From the IMG/VR virus record IMGVR_UViG_3300029305_011999: DNA of 20,000 nucleotides. One strand, 5' to 3'. The notes under the pieces were generated by a model. It saw only the letters and a program-made list of their open reading frames with translations, ran no database searches and was not told the DNA's origin. Within the stretch, counting starts at the first letter, position 1. Every line of letters begins with the position of its first letter. Positions 1 through 7,755 of the stretch are shown here, piece after piece. The stretch is from an uncultured virus (IMG/VR IMGVR_UViG_3300029305_011999) (lineage: Duplodnaviria; Heunggongvirae; Uroviricota; Caudoviricetes). Position numbers and translations under genes: made by a program.

Positions 1-603
1 GTTGACGCAGACCGCTTTAATATTATGTTCTTCTATGGAATGCCCGGTAATACCGCTGAATATATCCAGGCATACAGTAGAACCGGCAGACGTCACTCCA
101 GTATCGTTATTGATATTATGCGTCCCTCCAGAGAGACCGACCAGAGCTATCTGAAGAACTTCGTTAATTTCCACGAGTTTAAGGACATTATGGTTGAGTC
201 TGTCCCTATCAACCGTTGGGCTACCAAAGCCATTGATTGCACTTTGCCGGGTATCTTTACAGGGTTGCTCTTAACCAAGTATGACCCCGAACTTCAATAC
301 TCCTGCGGTTCTCAGTTCTTTATGAACAACATAAAGAAAGCGATTTCCGGAGGCTATTTGGATGTTGCTACTGTGACCAACGAATTGAAAATGGCTTACG
401 GGTGTACCATAGCCGGACAAGTAAACGAGATAGGCAATCAGTATAAAGCAAAAATTGAAGCCTTCGTTGAAGATGTCTTTGAAAGAATCGTCGATAAGAA
501 CTGGGAGCGAGAAAATATCTTCGCCGGATTTGAACTTATGGGCTATCATATTATGAATAGCTTACGAGATACCGACACTCAGTTGATTATCGAACTTGAA
601 TAA
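1..603 (+). CDS. drmA: DISARM DrmA-like SF2 helicase, C-terminal fragment (5' truncated by the window edge)
   Basis: Frame is open from base 1 (VDADRFNIMFFYGMPGNTAEYIQAYSRTGRR), so the ATG at 25 is internal. This matches SF2 helicase motifs V/VI in DrmA style (GVDxxR...GxP..xAEYIQAxSRxGR). It lies directly upstream of a stand-alone DUF1998-type gene. Stop TAA at 601-603. Confidence 0.75.
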   Translation, partial: VDADRFNIMFFYGMPGNTAEYIQAYSRTGRRHSSIVIDIMRPSRETDQSYLKNFVNFHEFKDIMVESVPINRWATKAIDCTLPGIFTGLLLTKYDPELQYSCGSQFFMNNIKKAISGGYLDVATVTNELKMAYGCTIAGQVNEIGNQYKAKIEAFVEDVFERIVDKNWERENIFAGFELMGYHIMNSLRDTDTQLIIELE

Positions 604-616
604 GGAGGTGAACAGA

Positions 617-2497
617 ATGAGTTCTAAACAGCAGATGAAACGAGGAAAAAACCAATCCTTGTATAAGTACCTTCCCGAAACCTGGATAGATTTCTCTGTT
701 CGTGGCAAAGAGCGTAAACAGTACATCGCAAAGGTTTTGAGATGGAATAGCGAGAAGCTCGATGGCATCAACGCCAAGCGCCTTATCAGAACTGTAAATG
801 CTTCTGTTCGCTCTTTTGAAAACCAATGTCCTACTCCGGGTCCAATAAAGCCTACAGTTGGATTTAGCGCAGAATTAAATAAGGATAACTGTGACGTTTT
901 GACTCCAAAGGCTTCCGAAGAAGAAAGAGGTATTGTCGCTCAGATTAGTCCTCTGACTTTCTACTGCAAGCTCTGTAACAAGGTGTATCAGTTCAGCAGC
1001 GAGGAAGAATATCAAAAACGTCGCTATTGCACAAATCCCGAATGTCACCACGCAGAGCTGGCTCAATTCCGTCAGATTTATTTCTGCAAATGCGGTTATG
1101 CGACAGACAGGCATAATCCTCGATGTCCGGAGCACGGCTATCAGTATGTAAAGTGGTATGGCAACTTTGATTTTGTCTGCACGAAATGTAAAAGACCTAT
1201 CCCGATGCAGGTAAAATGTCCTGTGTGTGGTGATATGCTTAGACCTAAAGTTGCTCTTGACCCTGCACAGTTTTTCGTATTCAGTTTGAGTCTTATCGAC
1301 TTGATTGACGAAAAGTTGGAGAACTTTATCTCTGAAACAGAATACGGACCCTATATTACCTTCGCATATTGGCTCGGATTGATAAGCAAAGAGGAACTTA
1401 ATGAAATCATCAAGAACGGAATTGTATCTGACCCCGATGCGTACCAAAAGGTATATGACCAGATGTATACGGTAATGTTTGCGGCGTTCAAAAACGAGAC
1501 CGCCGCAGCTACAGCCGCTAAAACAGCAGCCGACCAACAATGCGGTAATCGCTTCAACGATATTGTCAACGAGTTGAAAACCAAGATTTTCACTACCGAA
1601 GGCGATTTGTCCAGTATTGCGGAGCGCATCCTTGAGTACGATTTGGTTACACGACTTGATGATGTTTCGGATTTGGCTTCTGCGGTTGACGTTGCCCGTT
1701 TACTTAATACTAACGCCAATCCAGAACAGTATGCTCAAATCGCAGAGCGTTTCGGAATTAAGAGTGCCAGAGTATGTGATAGAATCCCCTTTGTTTCCTG
1801 CTCCTATGGATACACGAGAGTGGAATCCGAATGGAAAGAGGGCGTACAGCTCCACGCACTCAAAGAAGAAAAGCCTGGGCGTAAAAACATTTACGCTACC
1901 AAGCTGAATACCGAAGGCGTACTGTTTGAGTTCGATAGAAAAAAGATAATTGAATGGCTGCTTGCCAATCAATTTATCACAACAGAAGAAGCTCCGAACC
2001 TGGAGTCCGAGGAAGAAATCAAAATTTGGTTCTTGAATAACATCAAGCCAAGTCTTATTCATCCTTTCTCCACTATTGATGAGACCGCAAGCAAGGAAAC
2101 TTACTATGTGTATCGGCTCATTCATTCGCTTTCACACCTGCTTATCCGTGCTGCCGCTGATATTGGTGGTTTGGGTAAGGATTCATTGTCGGAATACATT
2201 TTCCCCGGCGTTCCTGCAGTTCTGATTTATTGTCAAAACTCGCAAGGTTTCAACTTGGGTTCTTTGTTTAACACCTTTGAAGCATACTTCGATAAGTGGA
2301 TGAACAAAGCATACACAAGCGCACAGAAGTGTATTTTTGACCCAATTTGTATAGAACGGCAAAAAGCCTGTACGGGATGTTTGTTTGTGAACGAGGTCTC
2401 GTGCCAACATTTCAATAAGGATTTGGACAGAGCCTTGGTTGTAGGTCACGTTGACCGTGAAACACAACGAAAGACAACGGGCTTTTGGGAGGATTAA
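617..2497 (+). CDS. drmB: DrmB-like DUF1998 (MrfA-type Zn-binding) protein, 626 aa
   Basis: RBS AAGGAGGTG (602-610) favours ATG 617 over the track start at 596. The C-terminus has the DUF1998 signature LIHSLSHLLIR...SLSEYIF...LIY...GxxLGSL...CIFDPIC...ACTGC...EVSCQHFNKDLDR. Several extra CxxC pairs occur in the N-terminal third. Confidence 0.8.
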   Translation: MSSKQQMKRGKNQSLYKYLPETWIDFSVRGKERKQYIAKVLRWNSEKLDGINAKRLIRTVNASVRSFENQCPTPGPIKPTVGFSAELNKDNCDVLTPKASEEERGIVAQISPLTFYCKLCNKVYQFSSEEEYQKRRYCTNPECHHAELAQFRQIYFCKCGYATDRHNPRCPEHGYQYVKWYGNFDFVCTKCKRPIPMQVKCPVCGDMLRPKVALDPAQFFVFSLSLIDLIDEKLENFISETEYGPYITFAYWLGLISKEELNEIIKNGIVSDPDAYQKVYDQMYTVMFAAFKNETAAATAAKTAADQQCGNRFNDIVNELKTKIFTTEGDLSSIAERILEYDLVTRLDDVSDLASAVDVARLLNTNANPEQYAQIAERFGIKSARVCDRIPFVSCSYGYTRVESEWKEGVQLHALKEEKPGRKNIYATKLNTEGVLFEFDRKKIIEWLLANQFITTEEAPNLESEEEIKIWFLNNIKPSLIHPFSTIDETASKETYYVYRLIHSLSHLLIRAAADIGGLGKDSLSEYIFPGVPAVLIYCQNSQGFNLGSLFNTFEAYFDKWMNKAYTSAQKCIFDPICIERQKACTGCLFVNEVSCQHFNKDLDRALVVGHVDRETQRKTTGFWED

Positions 2498-2500
2498 GTT

Positions 2501-4165
2501 ATGGCAGTAATGCACCCGGTTGATATTGAAAATTATGATTATACGCCGACAGAAAAAGAGATGTACTATGCTTTGAAGGAGCAGCTTCCCGATAAGTACC
2601 AAGTATTCTATTCTGTCCGCTGGTTTGAGACGGTTGATAATAAGAGAATTGACAGCGAGAGCGATTTTCTGATTTTTGACCCGTCATTTGGCTTCATCAC
2701 CATTGAAGTAAAGGGCGGAACCGGGATTACTGTCGATGACGGAAAGTGGACACTTATTGAGGATTACAGCCCCACAAACTCCAGTAGCAGAGAGTTAAAA
2801 TGCAGCCCATACGAGCAGGCAGAAAAAAGTATGCGGCATTTTAGAAACTACTTTGTGTCTGAGTTCAATCAGAACTATAATGGCGTTTATGGCTTTGCTG
2901 TAGCTTTCCCTCGCTATGCTATAAGCTCACAGTTGGCGCAGGATGCTCCACCCGAAACAACAATCGACTTAAACGATATGCTGTCTCTGCGTGAGAAAAT
3001 CAATCAAATCTTCCACTACTGGAAGAACAAACGGAATATAACCATTCCTTTTTCCGCTGAACAGCGCAACCGCTTCTTGACCGCAATCAATAAGCAGATT
3101 TCTATGTCTGCTGCCGCAGGTGCTTTGATTCCTATTAAGGAAAAGGAGTTTTCAAAGATAGATTTCGTTCAAGACTCGATTCTCGATTGCTTGCACAATT
3201 ACCGGCAGGCACAGATTGTCGGAGGAGCTGGAACGGGCAAGACATTCATCGGCATTAAGAAGGCTGTTCGTGACACTTTGGATAATAAGCGAGTATTGTT
3301 TACCTGCTGCAATGAGGAGCTTGCCGCCTTCGTAAAATCTAAGTTGGCGCAGTATCCTAAGATTGACGTGCTTACATATGCTGAGCTGATGAAAAAACTT
3401 TTAGGTGATGTGTACGACAATCTCCCGGCAAACCCGAACGGTAACAAAAGTTGCTTTGAATATATGGACCAAGTTCCTGTTGAACAGAAATACGACTCCA
3501 TCATTGTTGATGAGGCGCAGGATTTTGATATTGATATGGGCTTGGCTGTGAGAAGTCTTTTGGTCGATGATAGTACATCGTCGCTTTATGTGTTCTACGA
3601 TAAGAACCAAAATGTTTTTGAAATGGATTTTGAAAATGCGTTCGCCATTGATGCCCCGCCGTATGTGTTGCGGTATAACATCCGAAACACGGGCAGCATC
3701 TATCAATGCGCCGTTGAACGGACGAACCTGGGACACGATACTGTAGCAAACAACATTGTCGGCGTTCATCCAGAAATCCATAATTATTCTAAACCGTCGC
3801 AAGCGGTGAAGGCACTTAGCTTGATTGTTAATCGCCTGGTGCAAAAAGAATTTGTGCCAGCCGAATCCATAGTCATAGTTTCCGACACATCCTATGAAAA
3901 CTCCATTCTTGCAGGGGAGGAACGTATAGGAGCTTATAACCTTGTGTTTAAGCACTATAAGGATGTCGCTGAAGATGAAATATGCTTCAAAACTGCAGAA
4001 GAATTTAAGGGACTGGAATCCAACGTTGTAATTTATTTGACACACGAATTTACTAATCTTCCGTCCTCGACAACAGATAATAGAAAGGAATATGTTGCTA
4101 TCACTCGTGCAAGGTACTATCTCTATGTGCTGAACACGAAGTGCAAGGCAGCGATTGGTGATTGA
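2501..4165 (+). CDS. NERD (PD-(D/E)xK) nuclease fused to an SF1/UvrD-like helicase, 554 aa
   Basis: N-terminal ESDFLIFDPSFGFITIEVKGG...SPYEQA (NERD), Walker A GGAGTGKT (3221-3244), Walker B IIVDEAQD, LRYNIRNT, FKGLE and YVAITRAR (UvrD C-terminal motifs). GGAGG RBS lies in the end of drmB; 3-bp gap. Confidence 0.88.
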   Translation: MAVMHPVDIENYDYTPTEKEMYYALKEQLPDKYQVFYSVRWFETVDNKRIDSESDFLIFDPSFGFITIEVKGGTGITVDDGKWTLIEDYSPTNSSSRELKCSPYEQAEKSMRHFRNYFVSEFNQNYNGVYGFAVAFPRYAISSQLAQDAPPETTIDLNDMLSLREKINQIFHYWKNKRNITIPFSAEQRNRFLTAINKQISMSAAAGALIPIKEKEFSKIDFVQDSILDCLHNYRQAQIVGGAGTGKTFIGIKKAVRDTLDNKRVLFTCCNEELAAFVKSKLAQYPKIDVLTYAELMKKLLGDVYDNLPANPNGNKSCFEYMDQVPVEQKYDSIIVDEAQDFDIDMGLAVRSLLVDDSTSSLYVFYDKNQNVFEMDFENAFAIDAPPYVLRYNIRNTGSIYQCAVERTNLGHDTVANNIVGVHPEIHNYSKPSQAVKALSLIVNRLVQKEFVPAESIVIVSDTSYENSILAGEERIGAYNLVFKHYKDVAEDEICFKTAEEFKGLESNVVIYLTHEFTNLPSSTTDNRKEYVAITRARYYLYVLNTKCKAAIGD

Positions 4166-4166
4166 T

Positions 4167-6218
4167 ATGGCAAATATTTTACTTATCGAACCGGATTATA
4201 AATGTAAGCAGCCCCCGCTTGGGTTGATGAAAATATCGTTCTTCCACAAGAACATTCTGCACGATTATGTACGATTTACTAAGGGCAAACTCCCTGCAGC
4301 TCTTTCGGGGACAAAGTGGGACCGTGTATATGTAACATCTCTCTTTACCTTTGAATGGAAAGCAACGATTGAAGCTATTGAGTACGCAAAGACCTTGGTT
4401 GACTCCATTGACAAAATCGTGGTTGGCGGTATTGCTGCTACAATGTTGCCCGACCAAATGTATGAGGAAACTGGTATCCGTCCGGTGTGCGGTCTTTTGA
4501 ACGAGCCTGGAAAACTTGGTCTGCCCGGAGACGAGTGTATAGACCAGATAACGCCCGACTACTCTATGCTTGATGATGTCGATTATGTTTATCCTTTCAA
4601 CGATGCTTACTTTTTAAGCGCAACCAAAGGATGTGGCAACAAGTGTGGTTTTTGTGCTGTTCAAACCTTGGAGCCTAAGTTCATCCCTTACATTGACATT
4701 AAGGACAGAATCAAAGCCATTGACGAGCAGTTCGGTCCCAAAAAGGACCTTATCCTTATGGATAACAATGTGCTTCGTTCGCCTCGCTTCAATGATATTA
4801 TCGACGATATTATTGCCGCAGGTTTTGGCAAAGGTGCGACATATAAGAACCCCCGCACCGGCAAGACCGTGCAAAGGTACGTTGACTTTAACCAGGGACT
4901 TGATGCGCTGTTCTTGACCGAAGAAAAGGCAAAACGCCTTGGTGAAATTGCGCTTCGACCTGCACGAGTTGCTTTCGACCATATTGAGGACAGGGACATT
5001 TACGAAAGAGCACTCCGTTTGTGTGCGAAGAACGGTGTTACTGAACTCTCCAACTATGTCCTCTATAATAGCGAAGATTTCGGCGGTAAGGGCAAAAAGT
5101 ATCACGCTGATACTCCTGCAGATTTGTATGACCGAATGAAAATCACGCTGGACTTGCTTGATGAACTTAATGAAGAATATGGACAGGAGCAGCGTATTGC
5201 AGCATTTTCGTTCCCAATGAGATATATTCCTTTGTCTGCTCACGAGCGTGGTTATGTAGGCTCTCAATGGAACGCCAAGTTCTTACGAGCAGTTCAGAGA
5301 ATGCTCGTTCCCACACAAGGAAAGGGCGTTTGTAGCCGTAGCTTTTTTGAAGCGGACTTTGGCAAGAGTGCGGATGATTTCGTTCGTTATTTGAGTATGC
5401 CGGAGAAGCTGATTGCTGCCAGAGGTAAAATCAGCCCCACTTCCAGAGGTAAGTCCGGTGAAACCGAGGAACAGTTTATTCTCAGAAAGGCAAGCTGGGA
5501 GCGTGAACAAAAGAAAATCAAAATGTGGAACTCCCTGTATGCTCAGCTCGGCACCGAGAAAGATGATTTCATCAATCTGATTGGAGATAACGAATACCTC
5601 CCCGAAAAGGTTTTAGGTATTTCCTCCACCATACAGAGAAAGCTCTACATTCTCTATTTGACTACGCCCAGATTGGTTTCCTTCTTGGGTATGGTTGATA
5701 AAAACTCCCCGACCTACTCTATGGTCAAGGAGTTTATTGAGGTTGAGTGTCCCGAACTTTATATGGACGTTCTTGACCTTGTATCTGAAAGCGAAGTTCA
5801 GCAAAATTATGTGTTTAAGAATTTTGTCGATTTCTTTGGACGCAAAGGTGTTCTTGATTTGCTGACCCGCTTGGAAAAAATAGATTTTGCAGCCGATAAG
5901 CAGTTGACTAAATGGGATGTGCTCGCTAAGAAGGAAGGCATAGGTTACATCGACTTTGAGTTGATTCGTGTATATCGTCGCTTTGTGGATTTGGACGTTT
6001 TGACCGCTAAAGAGCACAAGGATGCAAAGAGACACATTATGGCTATGTCGATGACAGAACTTGCTTCTATCCTTGCGGAAAACATCGAAAAATTTGAGTC
6101 ATTACTTCTTTCTGCTATAGACAATGAAAAAGGGCAAGCCGTACTGAAGAAGGTTACAAAGACAATCACAAACAACATTCAGTTCAAACTTGCGAACTTT
6201 TTAGGAGAAGAAGAATAA
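4167..6218 (+). CDS. Radical SAM protein with a cobalamin-binding-like N-terminal domain and long C-terminal extension, 683 aa
   Basis: CxxxCxxC as KGCGNKCGFC (Cys codons 4632-4655). N-terminal ILLIEP...PPLGLMKIS...DRVYVTSLFT...IVVGGIAAT resembles B12-binding radical SAM proteins; LMDNN and VDFNQGLDA in the barrel. ATG 4167 lies 1 bp after the upstream TGA, with GGTGA RBS at 4157-4161. Confidence 0.88.
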   Translation: MANILLIEPDYKCKQPPLGLMKISFFHKNILHDYVRFTKGKLPAALSGTKWDRVYVTSLFTFEWKATIEAIEYAKTLVDSIDKIVVGGIAATMLPDQMYEETGIRPVCGLLNEPGKLGLPGDECIDQITPDYSMLDDVDYVYPFNDAYFLSATKGCGNKCGFCAVQTLEPKFIPYIDIKDRIKAIDEQFGPKKDLILMDNNVLRSPRFNDIIDDIIAAGFGKGATYKNPRTGKTVQRYVDFNQGLDALFLTEEKAKRLGEIALRPARVAFDHIEDRDIYERALRLCAKNGVTELSNYVLYNSEDFGGKGKKYHADTPADLYDRMKITLDLLDELNEEYGQEQRIAAFSFPMRYIPLSAHERGYVGSQWNAKFLRAVQRMLVPTQGKGVCSRSFFEADFGKSADDFVRYLSMPEKLIAARGKISPTSRGKSGETEEQFILRKASWEREQKKIKMWNSLYAQLGTEKDDFINLIGDNEYLPEKVLGISSTIQRKLYILYLTTPRLVSFLGMVDKNSPTYSMVKEFIEVECPELYMDVLDLVSESEVQQNYVFKNFVDFFGRKGVLDLLTRLEKIDFAADKQLTKWDVLAKKEGIGYIDFELIRVYRRFVDLDVLTAKEHKDAKRHIMAMSMTELASILAENIEKFESLLLSAIDNEKGQAVLKKVTKTITNNIQFKLANFLGEEE

Positions 6219-7723
6219 TGAGCAGCATAATAATTGGCAAACACACATTGGAGTCGCTTACATCCGGTATGTATTCTGATTCCTATGTGGTGTTTAGGGA
6301 ATATATTCAGAACAGCGTGGACTCAATCGACGAAGCTATTCGTGCCGGGGTATTGCTCCCTGGTGCAGAGCAGATTTCAGTTCGATTGGCACCAACAGAA
6401 AATCAAATTGTAATTTATGATAATGGTCTTGGCATCCCTACAGCCGATGCCGAGAAAACACTTATCAGTATTGGTAACTCTAAAAAGTCCTCGGAAAGCT
6501 CTCGTGGTTTCCGTGGAATTGGTCGCTTGTCAGCTCTTAGCTATTGCCAACAACTAACATTTACTACTTCATTCAAAGGCGAGGGTGTTGCTACAAAAAT
6601 AGTTATTGATGCATCCAAACTGTCGGAAGTGCTGGCAGACGATACGAAAGCTGATGTTACCGTCATAGATGTGCTTGAAAGCGTGTACACCGTATCCACT
6701 TTTTCTGAACGTGAGGATTCACATTATTTCTCTGTTCAGTTGGACGGCGTTGATGTGAACTCTAAACTTCTTTCGTGTGCAGATGTTGAGGATTATTTGA
6801 CTCAGAACGCCCCTGCTCCTTACAGTCCGGAATTTGTTTGGGGCAAGGAAATAACAAAGCGCCTCCAGAAAGAGGGCTTGGAAATAAGTGTGTATAACAT
6901 CTCATTGGAGTATGGTACGAAAGTAAAACCCATCTACAAACCGTATAAAGATGAGTTTATCGTGGACAAGGGCAGAAACATAACTGATGTCGTACAGGAC
7001 ATTCAAATAATCAAGATTCCGAACGAGAGTGCAAACCTTACTGCTATCGGATGGCTCGCAAAGACGAACTATATGGGTAGCATTTACGAAAAAGCAGTAA
7101 AAGGAATACGTCTGCGCAAAGGCAACATTTTGATTGGCGACCATCAGACATTGAACGTTGTCTTCAAGGATGCTCGTTTCAACGGTTGGTCTATCGGTGA
7201 AATTTTCGCATTCGATAAGCAGCTTATTCCAAATGCCAGAAGGGATAACTTTGAAAAGAACCCCGCATACTTCTCCCTTTTTGAGCAACTTATGACGATT
7301 GCTGCAGGGATTACCAAAGAAATCCGAACTGCTTCCTTAAAGAGAAATACGACCCTTTCAAATGCGCTTGAGCAGCTCAATGCTACAGCCCAGCAAGCGG
7401 CTATCGCATTGGATGAAGGTGTTACCGGCGCACAAAAGGGGCTTATCACAAAGAAGCTCAAAGAAGCACAAACTGCCGTTTCTAATTCCACGGCAAATAG
7501 TGACTCGGAGCAATACTGCCAAGATATTGCCTTTGCAGAGTTGGATATGTTGATTGGAAAATTCAAGGGCACAACGAAGTACAAAGCTCTTAACACTATC
7601 GACAATCTGACAAACACAGAAAAGAAAATCCTTGAAAGAGTAATTCAAATTGTTGATTCGTTGGAAATTGAAAGTGCAGACGCCGTAATTGAGGCAATCT
7701 TAAACGAATTTTCTAACAAATAA
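6218..7723 (+). CDS. GHKL-superfamily ATPase (HATPase_c, Hsp90/MORC/MutL-like N-terminus), 501 aa
   Basis: Bergerat motifs FREYIQNSVDSID, IYDNGLGI and GFRGIGRLSAL; later LIPNARRDNFE and a helical C-terminus. TAATG stop/start overlap with the radical SAM gene at 6216-6220. Confidence 0.88.
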   Translation: MSSIIIGKHTLESLTSGMYSDSYVVFREYIQNSVDSIDEAIRAGVLLPGAEQISVRLAPTENQIVIYDNGLGIPTADAEKTLISIGNSKKSSESSRGFRGIGRLSALSYCQQLTFTTSFKGEGVATKIVIDASKLSEVLADDTKADVTVIDVLESVYTVSTFSEREDSHYFSVQLDGVDVNSKLLSCADVEDYLTQNAPAPYSPEFVWGKEITKRLQKEGLEISVYNISLEYGTKVKPIYKPYKDEFIVDKGRNITDVVQDIQIIKIPNESANLTAIGWLAKTNYMGSIYEKAVKGIRLRKGNILIGDHQTLNVVFKDARFNGWSIGEIFAFDKQLIPNARRDNFEKNPAYFSLFEQLMTIAAGITKEIRTASLKRNTTLSNALEQLNATAQQAAIALDEGVTGAQKGLITKKLKEAQTAVSNSTANSDSEQYCQDIAFAELDMLIGKFKGTTKYKALNTIDNLTNTEKKILERVIQIVDSLEIESADAVIEAILNEFSNK

Positions 7724-7755
7724 AAAGCATAGTTATAAAGTGAGGAGGTGATCCC

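Noticed and set aside
1..2497. Druantia DruE, DpdJ or MrfA
   Set aside because: Those carry helicase and DUF1998-type domains in one polypeptide; here they are separate genes with a clean stop and a strong RBS, as in DrmA/DrmB.
4167..6218. Prokaryotic viperin or QueE (dpd/7-deazaguanine pathway)
   Set aside because: The protein is much longer with an extra N-terminal domain, and no queC/queD/folE/dpdA-like genes are visible in the window.
6218..7723. Housekeeping HtpG, MutL or GyrB
   Set aside because: Only the generic GHKL motifs match; length, C-terminal region and gene context do not fit those genes.
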